From Fusobacterium necrophorum (GTDB taxonomy: Bacteria; Fusobacteriota; Fusobacteriia; Fusobacteriales; Fusobacteriaceae), in contig NZ_SBAP01000001.1 of NCBI RefSeq assembly GCF_004134945.1, positions 83,401 to 147,400 on the forward strand: a stretch of DNA of 64,000 nt, given 5' to 3'. How positions within the stretch are numbered: position 1 is the stretch's first letter; every line of letters begins with the position of its first letter. Shown here in pieces: positions 1 through 8,882 of this stretch. Made by a program: the position numbers and the translations under genes. The notes beneath the pieces were generated by a model, which had not been told where the DNA came from, did no database searches, and saw nothing but the letters and a program-made list of their open reading frames with translations.

Positions 1-2272
1 CCTGATAACTTTCCAATGCCTTGTTGATTTCCTTTACCTGCTCCGGATACATTCCAATTCCATTGTCCATAATATTGATTAAAATTTGATTGGATTTTTT
101 ATCTTCAATTGCCACAATATTGATTTTTTTATCCAAACGATTTCGAGTTAAAATCGCTTCGGAAGAATTTTTCAAAAGTTCAATAAAAGCCTTGAATAAT
201 TTACTCTTATCGGCATACAAATATCCGCTGCAACTAATAAATTGCGAGAAATTAATCTCATATTTATTCATATAAGGTTGTACATACTTTGACAAATCGT
301 TCATAAATTCTTCCACAGAAATCATCTCGAAATGCTTTTTTGAAAAATTGGAATACTCTTCCAAAATAGCATGGTCAAATTTTATCTTATGAAAGTCTCT
401 CTTCAGTCTTTCTATTTCTTCTAAAGTAATTTTTTTATTATAACCGTTCTTTTCTACTTTGTCAACTAAGCTCTCAATTCGAGAAAACAACTTTTCCCGC
501 CCTTTCATGAAATGTACACTCATTTTTTCCATTGTAGAAGTACGTTCCAAATGTAATTTCCGATCTTCCGCCTCTTTATTTTTCAACTGGATATTCAAAT
601 TGAGTAATAAAAGAGTGAGCAACTCAATTTCTTCCTGCGTAATTTCTCTCTCTCGAATGTAATAATCGATTAAAATGCAGGACTTGACATGTTCACTCCG
701 ATATAAAGGCAAAATAATGAAATGACTGATCCCTAAACTGTCGAATAAATCATTTCCGAATGGAAAACGATATGCCTTATCATTTTCATATAAAATTCTA
801 TTTTCATTTAAACTCTTTCCTAAATAATTACTGCTGTCACAGGAAACTTTCAAGAGAGGCAAAATTCTATCAATTTCATGCAATTGAAAGGAAAACACCT
901 TCAATTTTTCTCTATCTTCCAAACATTCTGCAACTAAACTGCTATTTAAAGCAAAATTTTTCGCCTGTAATATATTTTTTTCTCTATCATATTCCAAATG
1001 AATGGCTCGACTATATCCCAAACCTGCCTCCGAGGTCAAGGCGGATAAAAATCCTTTCATTCCGACACGAAAATCCTGTTCTAAATTTACTCCCATTAAA
1101 ATTTTCTGAATGGCATCAATTCGGTTTAAGTTTTTCTCCAAAGAATCATTGTGTAATTTCAACTGATTTTCTTTCAAGGAAATATTTCTTGCCAATTTTT
1201 CCATAGCATTCGATAAATTTCGAATTTCATATACCGCATCCTCTTCCAAATTAATTTTATAATTTCCTCGTCCAATGTCGTAAACGGCATCCAAAACAGC
1301 CGTTAAAGGTTCCAATAATTTGGCAAATAATTTGGTACAGACTGTCGTACTGATCACAATTAAAATAGAAACCATAAAAATCATCAAAGCGGACATCATA
1401 TACTTCGTTGTCAAAAATTTTTCTTTTGAAATAGCCACTCCAAGACTGGCAATATACTTTGCATTGATATCCCGCAATTTATAAAACGCCATATAGTAAG
1501 CATGCTTGTTAATCTCTTTTTGATTGAAAAAATACTCGAATCCTTCCGGAGCAAAACGGGTAATTTGAAAAGAATCCAACAATTCTCCTCCTGTTTCGTA
1601 GTCCAAATCCCCATATTGATAATGTCCTGCCACGGAAACCAAAATCTTGTCCTCTTCGTTCATTCCTATAAACTCTCGTAAATTTCCAATAGAATAAGAA
1701 GATACCGGCAAATCTAAAATCACAAACACATTATCCTGAAGTTGAGCTTCATAAAATTTTTGAATAAAGCGAAAAAAAAGCTGCTTATCTTTCTTATAAA
1801 AAAACATGTCCTTTCTGTCATATTTGGAATTTTCCCATTCCTGTATAAAACTCTTCCCCAATATCTGGTAGTGACGTTCAGAACGATTGCTCCCCAAAAG
1901 AATTCCCTCGGCATTTACCAAAGTAATGAAACTGTTGGAATAGGTTTCATACGAATGTTTCATCAACTCGTGACTGATATTTTTGGCAATCTGATCATAA
2001 TATATCCGATTATTTTTTACAATTTCTGTTCCTGCCAATTGAAAGACAGAATTTGTTGCCATGCGAAATGTTTCACGACTGTCTTTTGCCTCCATTAAGT
2101 AAGCTTTGTACAAAAGAAATACCTTTTCTCTTGCAGTATCGGCAAGTCTTTGCTCCATGCTGCTGAATACCATTAAACTGAATACAAGAGCCAAAGATAA
2201 GGAAGTAAAAATAATGGCAATACCATTATAGAATATAATTCGTAACAAAAGAGAATCTCTTTTTATTTGCAT
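1..2272 (-). CDS. Sensor histidine kinase (TM - extracytoplasmic domain - TM - HAMP - GAF-like - HisKA-like - HATPase_c). 3' end lies beyond window position 1, so the CDS is partial
   Basis: Hand translation of the minus strand from ATG at 2272-2270 (MQIKRDSLLLRIIFYNGIAIIFTSLSLALVFSLMVFSSMEQRLADTAREK...) stays open to position 1. The last in-window residues read IVAIEDKKSNQILINIMDNGIGMYPEQVKEINKALESYQ, a classic HATPase N/G1 box (DNGIGM). A HAMP-like DIGRGNYKINLEEDAVYEIRNLSNAMEKLA segment lies mid-protein. AAGGAG RBS is 6 nt upstream of the ATG and embedded in the last tex codons. The ORF is absent from the supplied track, presumably because it has no stop within the window. Confidence 0.65.
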   Translation of the reverse strand, partial: MQIKRDSLLLRIIFYNGIAIIFTSLSLALVFSLMVFSSMEQRLADTAREKVFLLYKAYLMEAKDSRETFRMATNSVFQLAGTEIVKNNRIYYDQIAKNISHELMKHSYETYSNSFITLVNAEGILLGSNRSERHYQILGKSFIQEWENSKYDRKDMFFYKKDKQLFFRFIQKFYEAQLQDNVFVILDLPVSSYSIGNLREFIGMNEEDKILVSVAGHYQYGDLDYETGGELLDSFQITRFAPEGFEYFFNQKEINKHAYYMAFYKLRDINAKYIASLGVAISKEKFLTTKYMMSALMIFMVSILIVISTTVCTKLFAKLLEPLTAVLDAVYDIGRGNYKINLEEDAVYEIRNLSNAMEKLARNISLKENQLKLHNDSLEKNLNRIDAIQKILMGVNLEQDFRVGMKGFLSALTSEAGLGYSRAIHLEYDREKNILQAKNFALNSSLVAECLEDREKLKVFSFQLHEIDRILPLLKVSCDSSNYLGKSLNENRILYENDKAYRFPFGNDLFDSLGISHFIILPLYRSEHVKSCILIDYYIREREITQEEIELLTLLLLNLNIQLKNKEAEDRKLHLERTSTMEKMSVHFMKGREKLFSRIESLVDKVEKNGYNKKITLEEIERLKRDFHKIKFDHAILEEYSNFSKKHFEMISVEEFMNDLSKYVQPYMNKYEINFSQFISCSGYLYADKSKLFKAFIELLKNSSEAILTRNRLDKKINIVAIEDKKSNQILINIMDNGIGMYPEQVKEINKALESYQ

Positions 2273-4444
2273 CTATAACTCCTTTTTTCGTGTTAATCCA
2301 ACTCTTCCTCTTTCTTTATCAATTTCTTTGATTCTCACTTTAATAATTTGTCCTACTGACAATACTTTGCCCGGATCACTTACAAATTCATCTGAAATAG
2401 CGGAAATATGAAGTAAAGCATCATTTTTCAAACCAATATCCACAAAGGCTCCGAATTTTACAACATTCCGAACCGTTCCTTCCAATTCCATTCCCACACT
2501 CAAATGATCAATACTTAAGATATCGGATTTTAAAAGCGGTTTTTGAAAATCATCTCTCGGATCTCGTCTGTCTTTTCGTAAAGCTTCATACACATCTTTA
2601 CAAGTTTCCAAACCGAAGTCATATTGTTTCGCAAATTTTTCTACTTTGATACTTTTTAATTTTTCACGTGTCTCCACCAACTTCTCATCGTATTCTTGCA
2701 AAGTACATCCAATTTCTTCCAACATTTTTTCTGCAATGTGATAAGATTCCGGGTGAATAATCGTATTGTCTAAAATATTTTCCCCCTCCGGAATCACTAA
2801 AAATCCTGCCATTTGTTCATAGGCTTTCGGACCCAAACCCTTTACCTTCAATAACGTTTCCCGTTTGGTAAAATTTCCATGTTCCTTTCGATAGTCTACA
2901 ATATTTTTAGCAACGTTCTTTTTAATCCCTGAAATATGAGACAACAAAGCCCATGATGCCGTATTTAGATTGGCTCCTACATTATTTACTACCGTTGTGA
3001 TGACCTGATCTAAAGACTCATCCAATCGTCCTTGATTGACATCGTGCTGATACATTCCTACCCCAATGGATTTCGGATCAATTTTAACAAGTTCCGCCAA
3101 AGGATCTTGAATTCTTCGTCCGATGGAAATAGCTCCACGAACAGTTACATCCAAATCCGGAAATTCTTCTGCTGCCAACTTTGAAGCGGAATACACGGAA
3201 GCTCCCGCCTCATTTGCAATCAAATATTTTATTGCTACATTTTCTTCCCGTATCAATTTTGCGATGAAGGACTCGGTTTCTCGAGAAGCCGTTCCGTTCC
3301 CGATGACCACCAAATCAATTCCATACTTTTTAATATAGTGCAACACTTTCTTTCGAGCAGTCTCCAATTGCTTTTCATGGTGCATCCCTTCCACCAGGAA
3401 AAACACATCATTTTCTTGATAAAAACCATGCTTATCCAAGATAGCAACCTTACATCCTGTTCGATATCCCGGATCCAAAGCCAAAATCGTTTTTTCATGC
3501 AAAGGAGCTTGTAAAAGCAAATTCTTCAAATTTTCTCGAAACACCAATATTGCCTCTTCTTCCGCCTTGTCCGTTAAAATATTTCGCACTTCTCTTTCCA
3601 CTGCCGGAAACAATAGACGTTCAAATGAGTCTTGAATAACCGCAGCAAAAAATTCCTGTAAAGCTTCTTCTTGGGTAAAACTTCTCAAAAGTAAATTGTC
3701 CACATGCTTTTTTTCTTTTTCTTCCAAGAATAAATTTACTGATAAAATTCCCTCTTTTTCTCCACGATTGACCGCCAAAATTCTATGAGAAGGAATTTTT
3801 GCCAAAGCTTCTGCATAGTCGTAATAATCTTGGTATATTCCTTTTTCATCCAATTCCTTTGCTTTTTTTGATTCTTTGGAACTCATTTGCCCGTACTTTA
3901 GCAAAATTTCCCGAATTCTTTCTCGATATTCCGCTTTTTCAGAAATTCGCTGTGCCCAAATTAATTTTGCTCCTTCAATAGCCTCTTCCAGATTCGGCAC
4001 TTCTTCTGTCAGAAATTCTTCCGCTTTCGTTCCTATTTCTTCAACATTGTGAGCTACAAGAAAAAAATCCGCCAAAGCTTCCAAGCCTCTTTCCATCGCT
4101 ATATCCGCTTTGGTTTTCTTTTTCTTCCGATAAGGAAAATAAATATCTTCCACCTCTTGTAATTTTTCTGCCGCTTCTATCGCCTGTACCAATTCTTCCG
4201 TTAATTTCCCCTGTTCTTCTATCAAGCGTAGAACTTCTTCTTTTCTCTTCTCCAAATTCCTCAAATATTGAACCTTTTCTAAAATAAGCGTAATTTGAAC
4301 TTCGTCCAAATTTCCTGTGATTTCTTTTCGGTATCTCGAAATAAAGGGGACTGTCGCCCCTTCATCCAATAATTGTACCGTACTTTCCACTTGATTTTCT
4401 CGAAGAGAAAGTTCCTTTGCAACTTTACTAAAAATATTCTCCAT
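2273..4444 (-). CDS. tex: Transcription accessory protein Tex (YqgF/RNase H-like, HhH and S1 RNA-binding domains)
   Basis: 723 aa, typical Tex length. C-terminal S1 domain (GMELEGTVRNVVKFGAFVDIGLKNDALLHIS) and a YqgF-like central region. TAG stop at 2273-2275 directly abuts the ATG of the downstream kinase. Confidence 0.9.
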   Translation of the reverse strand: MENIFSKVAKELSLRENQVESTVQLLDEGATVPFISRYRKEITGNLDEVQITLILEKVQYLRNLEKRKEEVLRLIEEQGKLTEELVQAIEAAEKLQEVEDIYFPYRKKKKTKADIAMERGLEALADFFLVAHNVEEIGTKAEEFLTEEVPNLEEAIEGAKLIWAQRISEKAEYRERIREILLKYGQMSSKESKKAKELDEKGIYQDYYDYAEALAKIPSHRILAVNRGEKEGILSVNLFLEEKEKKHVDNLLLRSFTQEEALQEFFAAVIQDSFERLLFPAVEREVRNILTDKAEEEAILVFRENLKNLLLQAPLHEKTILALDPGYRTGCKVAILDKHGFYQENDVFFLVEGMHHEKQLETARKKVLHYIKKYGIDLVVIGNGTASRETESFIAKLIREENVAIKYLIANEAGASVYSASKLAAEEFPDLDVTVRGAISIGRRIQDPLAELVKIDPKSIGVGMYQHDVNQGRLDESLDQVITTVVNNVGANLNTASWALLSHISGIKKNVAKNIVDYRKEHGNFTKRETLLKVKGLGPKAYEQMAGFLVIPEGENILDNTIIHPESYHIAEKMLEEIGCTLQEYDEKLVETREKLKSIKVEKFAKQYDFGLETCKDVYEALRKDRRDPRDDFQKPLLKSDILSIDHLSVGMELEGTVRNVVKFGAFVDIGLKNDALLHISAISDEFVSDPGKVLSVGQIIKVRIKEIDKERGRVGLTRKKEL

Positions 4445-4483
4445 TGTTTTTCTCCCAAAGTTATGTATTTTCTAATATAAATT

Positions 4484-4687
4484 CTAATCAAAAATAGAAA
4501 GATCTCGTCGATTTCCCAATGAGAGTAATAAAGTGATGATTTCTTCTTCTGTGTGCAGTGTGACCCATTCAGAAAAAGGAATTCCGTTCACGGTATTGAT
4601 AGAAGTTGGATTATCATCGATTTTAGATTTTTTCTTTTGACCGAATTCTTTCTCTTGTAACACTTTTTTTGTTTCTTCCCAATTCAT
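4484..4687 (-). CDS. Small conserved hypothetical protein (67 aa) co-oriented just upstream of tex
   Basis: GAGGAGGG Shine-Dalgarno 7-8 nt upstream of the ATG. Only about 40 nt separate its stop from the tex start. Highly charged N-terminus, no TM segment. Confidence 0.45.
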   Translation of the reverse strand: MNWEETKKVLQEKEFGQKKKSKIDDNPTSINTVNGIPFSEWVTLHTEEEIITLLLSLGNRRDLSIFD

Positions 4688-4780
4688 ATTTATTCCCTCC
4701 TCAGTATTCGATTATTTCTTTAACTTATCTTTTAATTATATCAACTTTTGGTATAAAAAACAAGAAATTATGTATAGAGA

Positions 4781-4811
4781 TTATAAAAAAAGAGACTCCG
4801 AAAATCTCTTT
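4781..4811 (-). terminator. Intrinsic terminator downstream of the TetR gene (stem aaagaga/tctcttt followed by a U8 run on the minus transcript)
   Basis: A 7-bp stem with a 9-nt loop is immediately followed by eight A on the plus strand (U-run on the minus transcript), 30 nt past the TetR stop. Confidence 0.5.
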
Positions 4812-4843
4812 GGAATCTCTTTTTTACACACTTTTATCTTCTG

Positions 4844-5392
4844 TCATTTTCTTCTGTTTCCATATCCTTTTTTCTTCTTCAAGGTTAAAATATAATTTTT
4901 ATGACGTGCGATCAAAGATAAAATTTCAGATTTTGTAAATTTCTTATGTCTCGTCTCCGACATAATCGAAATGGCTTTCATAAAAATATTAAACAGACAC
5001 ATTCTACTTTCTTCCGGATTTTCACTTTTTTGTAAAGCTTCTTCCAGCAAATTTTCAAACTTTTGCTTCACTTTTTCATTTTCAGGATCTACCACGGAAA
5101 ACATTCTTTCGAATAATCCTTTCTGTTCTTCCGTGATCGGAAGTTCGCTTTGTACAATATCACAGGAAGCCGGAATTTCATCCAAACAAGCAATCAGAGT
5201 GTCCCCAACCTTTGTGACGACATCCTTCTTTAAATCCTCCATAGAAGTATAGGCAGCGTAAACGGGAGCAATAGAACATCCTAATTGTTTTGCAATATTT
5301 TTCACAGTAATCTTGTCATAGCCTTCCTGCTTAAACACTTCTACTGCTGCTTCTAAAACCATTTCTCTTGTATACACCGACTTTCTTGGCAT
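4844..5392 (-). CDS. TetR/AcrR-family transcriptional regulator
   Basis: N-terminal HTH signature (TREMVLEAAVEVFKQEGYDKITVKNIAKQLGCSIAPVYAAYTSMEDL) and 182 aa length, both typical of TetR regulators. Confidence 0.85.
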   Translation of the reverse strand: MPRKSVYTREMVLEAAVEVFKQEGYDKITVKNIAKQLGCSIAPVYAAYTSMEDLKKDVVTKVGDTLIACLDEIPASCDIVQSELPITEEQKGLFERMFSVVDPENEKVKQKFENLLEEALQKSENPEESRMCLFNIFMKAISIMSETRHKKFTKSEILSLIARHKNYILTLKKKKGYGNRRK

Positions 5393-5512
5393 GGTACTTC
5401 CTCTTTTCTAAATATTCTTATGATAACAAATATATTTAAGACAAATATTCTTATTTATATAATATATATCTTTTGTATATTTGTCAACAATAATATTTTA
5501 TTCTTTTTTTTT

Positions 5513-5971
5513 CTAATTCTCGTAACGATTCCAGATTTGAGTTTTTCCAATGATACCGGACTTATCAAAACTTCCTTTCATCTTCATCTGATTCTTCTCA
5601 ATTTGAACACTGGCATATAAGGTTTTTCCCATTCCCGGCACATACACTTTTCCGTCTCGGTAACGATTGGTATCCTCATGATATGTCAATGAATGGAGCA
5701 TTTCAAGTCCCACAAGTTTTCTTTTTCTGAGACTCTCATCCGGATTTTTCAAATCCATTTTTTCCTGACCTTCGAATTCTCCCTCTTGATAAAAAGGGAT
5801 CGTTTGTCCTATCATGGTTCCATAAAACTTTCCATCTTCTTTTTCCGTAATTTCAATAATAATTTGATTTCCATCCTTATGTTTGCTGCTAATCCACTTT
5901 CCTAAAATATCTTCCCTAACGGCAAAAAGTAAATTAGGAAAGAGGAAGAATAGTAAGCATAATTTTTTCAT
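5513..5971 (-). CDS. DUF2147-family secreted protein (paralog 1)
   Basis: Signal peptide, then the conserved DUF2147 pattern (GKW...DGNQIIIEI...GKFYG...QEKMDLKNPD...LVGLEML). About 50 percent identical to the ORF at 38377-38838. Lies 30 nt downstream of tonB. Confidence 0.75.
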   Translation of the reverse strand: MKKLCLLFFLFPNLLFAVREDILGKWISSKHKDGNQIIIEITEKEDGKFYGTMIGQTIPFYQEGEFEGQEKMDLKNPDESLRKRKLVGLEMLHSLTYHEDTNRYRDGKVYVPGMGKTLYASVQIEKNQMKMKGSFDKSGIIGKTQIWNRYEN

Positions 5972-6001
5972 CTTCCTCTCTCTCCATTTCTTGTATTTTT
6001 T

Positions 6002-6745
6002 CTATTGCGGATTAAAGTGAAATTCTTTTACAAAATACACTTTAATATTCTTTCCTGCATAAAAAATAGGTTTAAATCTCCATTTTTTAATTGCTTTCAT
6101 GACTTCATCGTCAAAACCTAATTTTTTATAAGATTTTATAATTTGAATATTTTCCACATTCCCTTTTAATCCTACTAAAAATTTCACTTTTACGGAAACT
6201 CTCTGATCATATCCTATGGCTTCCGCTTGTGAAGGATAATCCGGTTCCACCTCATGTAAGATTTGATAGTTAATTCCTTCTGAAGAAAGAGCGGTATAAG
6301 ATCCGTCTCCATTGGCTTGGAAATTGGATCCATAGAATGGATTGTCATTTCCTGAATTCTTTCCTGTTTCACTACTTTCCTGATTGTCGGAATTCTCTTC
6401 AACTGCTGAACTTTCTTCTTGCTTTACTTCTTTGGCATCTTTCGTTGCCATTTTACTGTCAAATGTTTTCTCCTTTACCTGTTCTTCTTTCTTCGGCTTT
6501 TCTTTTTTCGGTTGTTCTTTCGGCTTTTCATTTGTAGAATTTTCTTTCTTTTCTAAAACTTTATCGGCTACATTAGGACTCCCGGGATTATCGCTTGGAG
6601 GTGGATTTTCTACAACAAAGGAAACAGAAATTACTTGATTTAACGGAAGTTTTTCTTCTCCCTTGTGCATTTCATGATGATAAAATCCTAAAAAACACAA
6701 TATATGAATACAAAAAGAAAGAACTAGATATTTCTTCATAGCCAT
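6002..6745 (-). CDS. tonB: TonB energy transducer
   Basis: N-terminal TM anchor, Pro/Glu/Lys-rich spacer (EKPKEQPKKEKPKKEEQVKEK) and a C-terminal TonB_C domain. Immediately follows exbD. Confidence 0.8.
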   Translation of the reverse strand: MAMKKYLVLSFCIHILCFLGFYHHEMHKGEEKLPLNQVISVSFVVENPPPSDNPGSPNVADKVLEKKENSTNEKPKEQPKKEKPKKEEQVKEKTFDSKMATKDAKEVKQEESSAVEENSDNQESSETGKNSGNDNPFYGSNFQANGDGSYTALSSEGINYQILHEVEPDYPSQAEAIGYDQRVSVKVKFLVGLKGNVENIQIIKSYKKLGFDDEVMKAIKKWRFKPIFYAGKNIKVYFVKEFHFNPQ

Positions 6746-6751
6746 TTCCTC

Positions 6752-7138
6752 CTATTCATAGAATGTTAATCCCATATTCGCAATATTTTGTTCCTTTACT
6801 TTTGTCATAACATTCATAACTGTTTGATATTTCATATCTCTATCAGCAGAAATTGTAACCTCTTCCACTCCTTGTAAATGATTTGGAATCTCTTCCAATG
6901 TCACTTCCTGATTTTTTCCCTCTATACTAACATAAAATCTTCCATGTTTATCCACGATAATTTCTACTGCCTTATTTTCTTTTTTGGATTCCACGGTGGA
7001 GCTGGGTAACTCGATCGGAATCGTTCCATAATTATTAAAGGTTGTCGAAATCATAAAGAAAATAATCAACAGGAAGATTACGTCAATCAAAGGAGTCAAA
7101 TCAGGTTTTAACGCTCCTCTTTTATTTTTTCTTCCCAT
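6752..7138 (-). CDS. exbD: ExbD/TolR biopolymer transport protein
   Basis: 128 aa, single N-terminal TM (DLTPLIDVIFLLIIFFMIS) and ExbD family signature. Gap of 2 nt to exbB. Confidence 0.85.
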   Translation of the reverse strand: MGRKNKRGALKPDLTPLIDVIFLLIIFFMISTTFNNYGTIPIELPSSTVESKKENKAVEIIVDKHGRFYVSIEGKNQEVTLEEIPNHLQGVEEVTISADRDMKYQTVMNVMTKVKEQNIANMGLTFYE

Positions 7139-7140
7139 AG

Positions 7141-7749
7141 TTATCTCCTAAATATATTTATAATATTCGCTACAATTTTATCCACTTCATCTTCTCTTCT
7201 TGCCGCAATCTTACTAAAAATATTGTAAGCTGCAATCACCGGTATTGCAACATACAAACCTGCTGCCGTTGTGACTAAGGCTTCTGAAATTCCGTCTGCA
7301 ACAATCGTAGGATCTCCGGCTCCCATTTTTGAAATATTGATAAAGGCTTTAATCATCCCTGTTACGGTTCCCAACAATCCGCACATAGGAGCCAAACTAC
7401 CGATGGCTTCCAAAGAACTTAAACCTCGATCTAAGGGTGTCATGCTTTCCAACATAATTTCTTTGATAATTGATTCATAGTCCTGAACATCCTGCCCTCT
7501 TTTAGCTCTTTTCAAAAAAGTTCGGATAGAACCGGCTACAGAACCTTTTTTACTTTCACACAATTGAATTGCTTCCTCCACTTTTCCTTGAGAAATTAAA
7601 TCGTTAATATTTTTCTTAAAATCAACATCTACTTTTTTCTCTGTCCTGGTAAAGAAAACAACCCTCTCCAAAATGATTGCCAAAGCTCCTATTGACATAA
7701 AAAACAAGACCCATAAAATAGGTCCCCCAACTTTAAAATAATAAGCCAT
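7141..7749 (-). CDS. exbB: ExbB/TolQ/MotA-family proton channel
   Basis: 202 aa with three TM segments and the conserved MotA/TolQ/ExbB C-terminal region (LAPMCGLLGTVTGMIKAF). Confidence 0.85.
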   Translation of the reverse strand: MAYYFKVGGPILWVLFFMSIGALAIILERVVFFTRTEKKVDVDFKKNINDLISQGKVEEAIQLCESKKGSVAGSIRTFLKRAKRGQDVQDYESIIKEIMLESMTPLDRGLSSLEAIGSLAPMCGLLGTVTGMIKAFINISKMGAGDPTIVADGISEALVTTAAGLYVAIPVIAAYNIFSKIAARREDEVDKIVANIINIFRR

Positions 7750-7777
7750 TGTTTCACTCTCCTATATTTATTTATTT

Positions 7778-8152
7778 TTATTTTTTTAAGGTTTTTATTT
7801 TCCAAATATGGTACGAAACCGCTATAAAAATGACCGCCAGAGAAATTCTCATATAGATATTCGGCACTTTATAAGCGGAAAATGACATTCCAAGCGCCAT
7901 AAAAGTAATGGCGACTATTTTATTCTTTAAAGTAATTCCTTTTTGTTCTTGATAATCTCGAATATATTTCCCAAAAATAGGACTGTTCAAAATCCATTGA
8001 TGAAATCTTTCCGAAGATTTTTGAAAACAAAAAGCACTCAATAAAATAAAGGGTGTTGTAGGTAACAGAGGAAGAAAAATTCCGATTCCTCCTAAGATTA
8101 ACGAAATCCACGCAATTCCTAAAAGAATATTTCTTTTCACAATAACTATCAC
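7778..8152 (-). CDS. YbaN/DUF454-family inner membrane protein
   Basis: 124 aa. Conserved N-terminal GIGIFLPLLPTTPFILLSAFCF motif of the DUF454 family. Confidence 0.7.
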   Translation of the reverse strand: MIVIVKRNILLGIAWISLILGGIGIFLPLLPTTPFILLSAFCFQKSSERFHQWILNSPIFGKYIRDYQEQKGITLKNKIVAITFMALGMSFSAYKVPNIYMRISLAVIFIAVSYHIWKIKTLKK

Positions 8153-8307
8153 ATCCGTTTAATTTGCTTTATAAAATATCTTAATATAGTTTATCTCTTA
8201 TGTCAATATAAATATTTTTTTTAAGATAAGAAAAATAAAAATATAGGAATAATAAATAATCTATGCTATACTAATTCTACAAAAAATCAAAGAAGGAGTG
8301 ATTCCAA

Positions 8308-8823
8308 ATGAAAACAGTTATCATTTATTCTTCCCTAACAGGAAATACAAAAAAAGTTTGTGAAACAGCATTTGAACATCTACAACAGGAAAAACAACTC
8401 ATTCAAGTAGAAGAAAAAGACACTGTCGATTGGACAAAAGTGGAAAATGTTATTATTGGATATTGGGTGGATAAGGGAACGGCAGATGCCAAGACAAGAA
8501 AATTTCTTTCAAAACTTCAAAATAAAAATCTTTACTTTATTGGAACTTTGGGAGAATCTCCTACTTCTTTCCATGCAGAAAAGTGTATTAGGAATGTCAC
8601 AAAATTGTGCGAAAAGGACAATCATTTTAAAGGCGGAGTCTTAGTCAGAGGAAAAGTATCGGAGGATTTAAAACAAAAAATGGACAAGTTCCCTTTGAAT
8701 ATCGTACATAAGTTTGTACCAAATATGAAGCAAATTGTTTTGGATGCAGAAGGACATCCAAATGAAGAAGATTTTCAACGAGTCATTGAATTCATTGAAA
8801 AAACGGTAAATCCTAATTTATAA
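8308..8823 (+). CDS. Flavodoxin-family protein
   Basis: N-terminal flavodoxin FMN-binding loop (MKTVIIYSSLTGNTKKV). AAGGAG RBS upstream. Confidence 0.75.
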   Translation: MKTVIIYSSLTGNTKKVCETAFEHLQQEKQLIQVEEKDTVDWTKVENVIIGYWVDKGTADAKTRKFLSKLQNKNLYFIGTLGESPTSFHAEKCIRNVTKLCEKDNHFKGGVLVRGKVSEDLKQKMDKFPLNIVHKFVPNMKQIVLDAEGHPNEEDFQRVIEFIEKTVNPNL

Positions 8824-8866
8824 AACAGAAGCTCACCTAATCATATAGGTGAGCTTCTGTTTATAT
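8821..8866. terminator. Bidirectional intrinsic terminator between convergent flavodoxin and dsdA genes (13-bp perfect stem acagaagctcacc / ggtgagcttctgt)
   Basis: Perfect 13-bp inverted repeat with a 10-nt loop, A-run on the left and T-run on the right. The core ctcacc-taatcatata-ggtgag recurs at 12523-12558. Confidence 0.7.
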
Positions 8867-8882
8867 TCAATTCTTTTCTATT

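Noticed and set aside
760-2098. Track ORFs 760-1206 (+), 1411-1614 (-), 1720-1914 (-), 1742-2098 (+) as possible genes in an apparently empty 2.2-kb region
   Set aside because: All lie inside or antisense to the long minus-strand histidine-kinase frame, which is open from 2272 to 1. They are frame artefacts of an AT-rich coding region.
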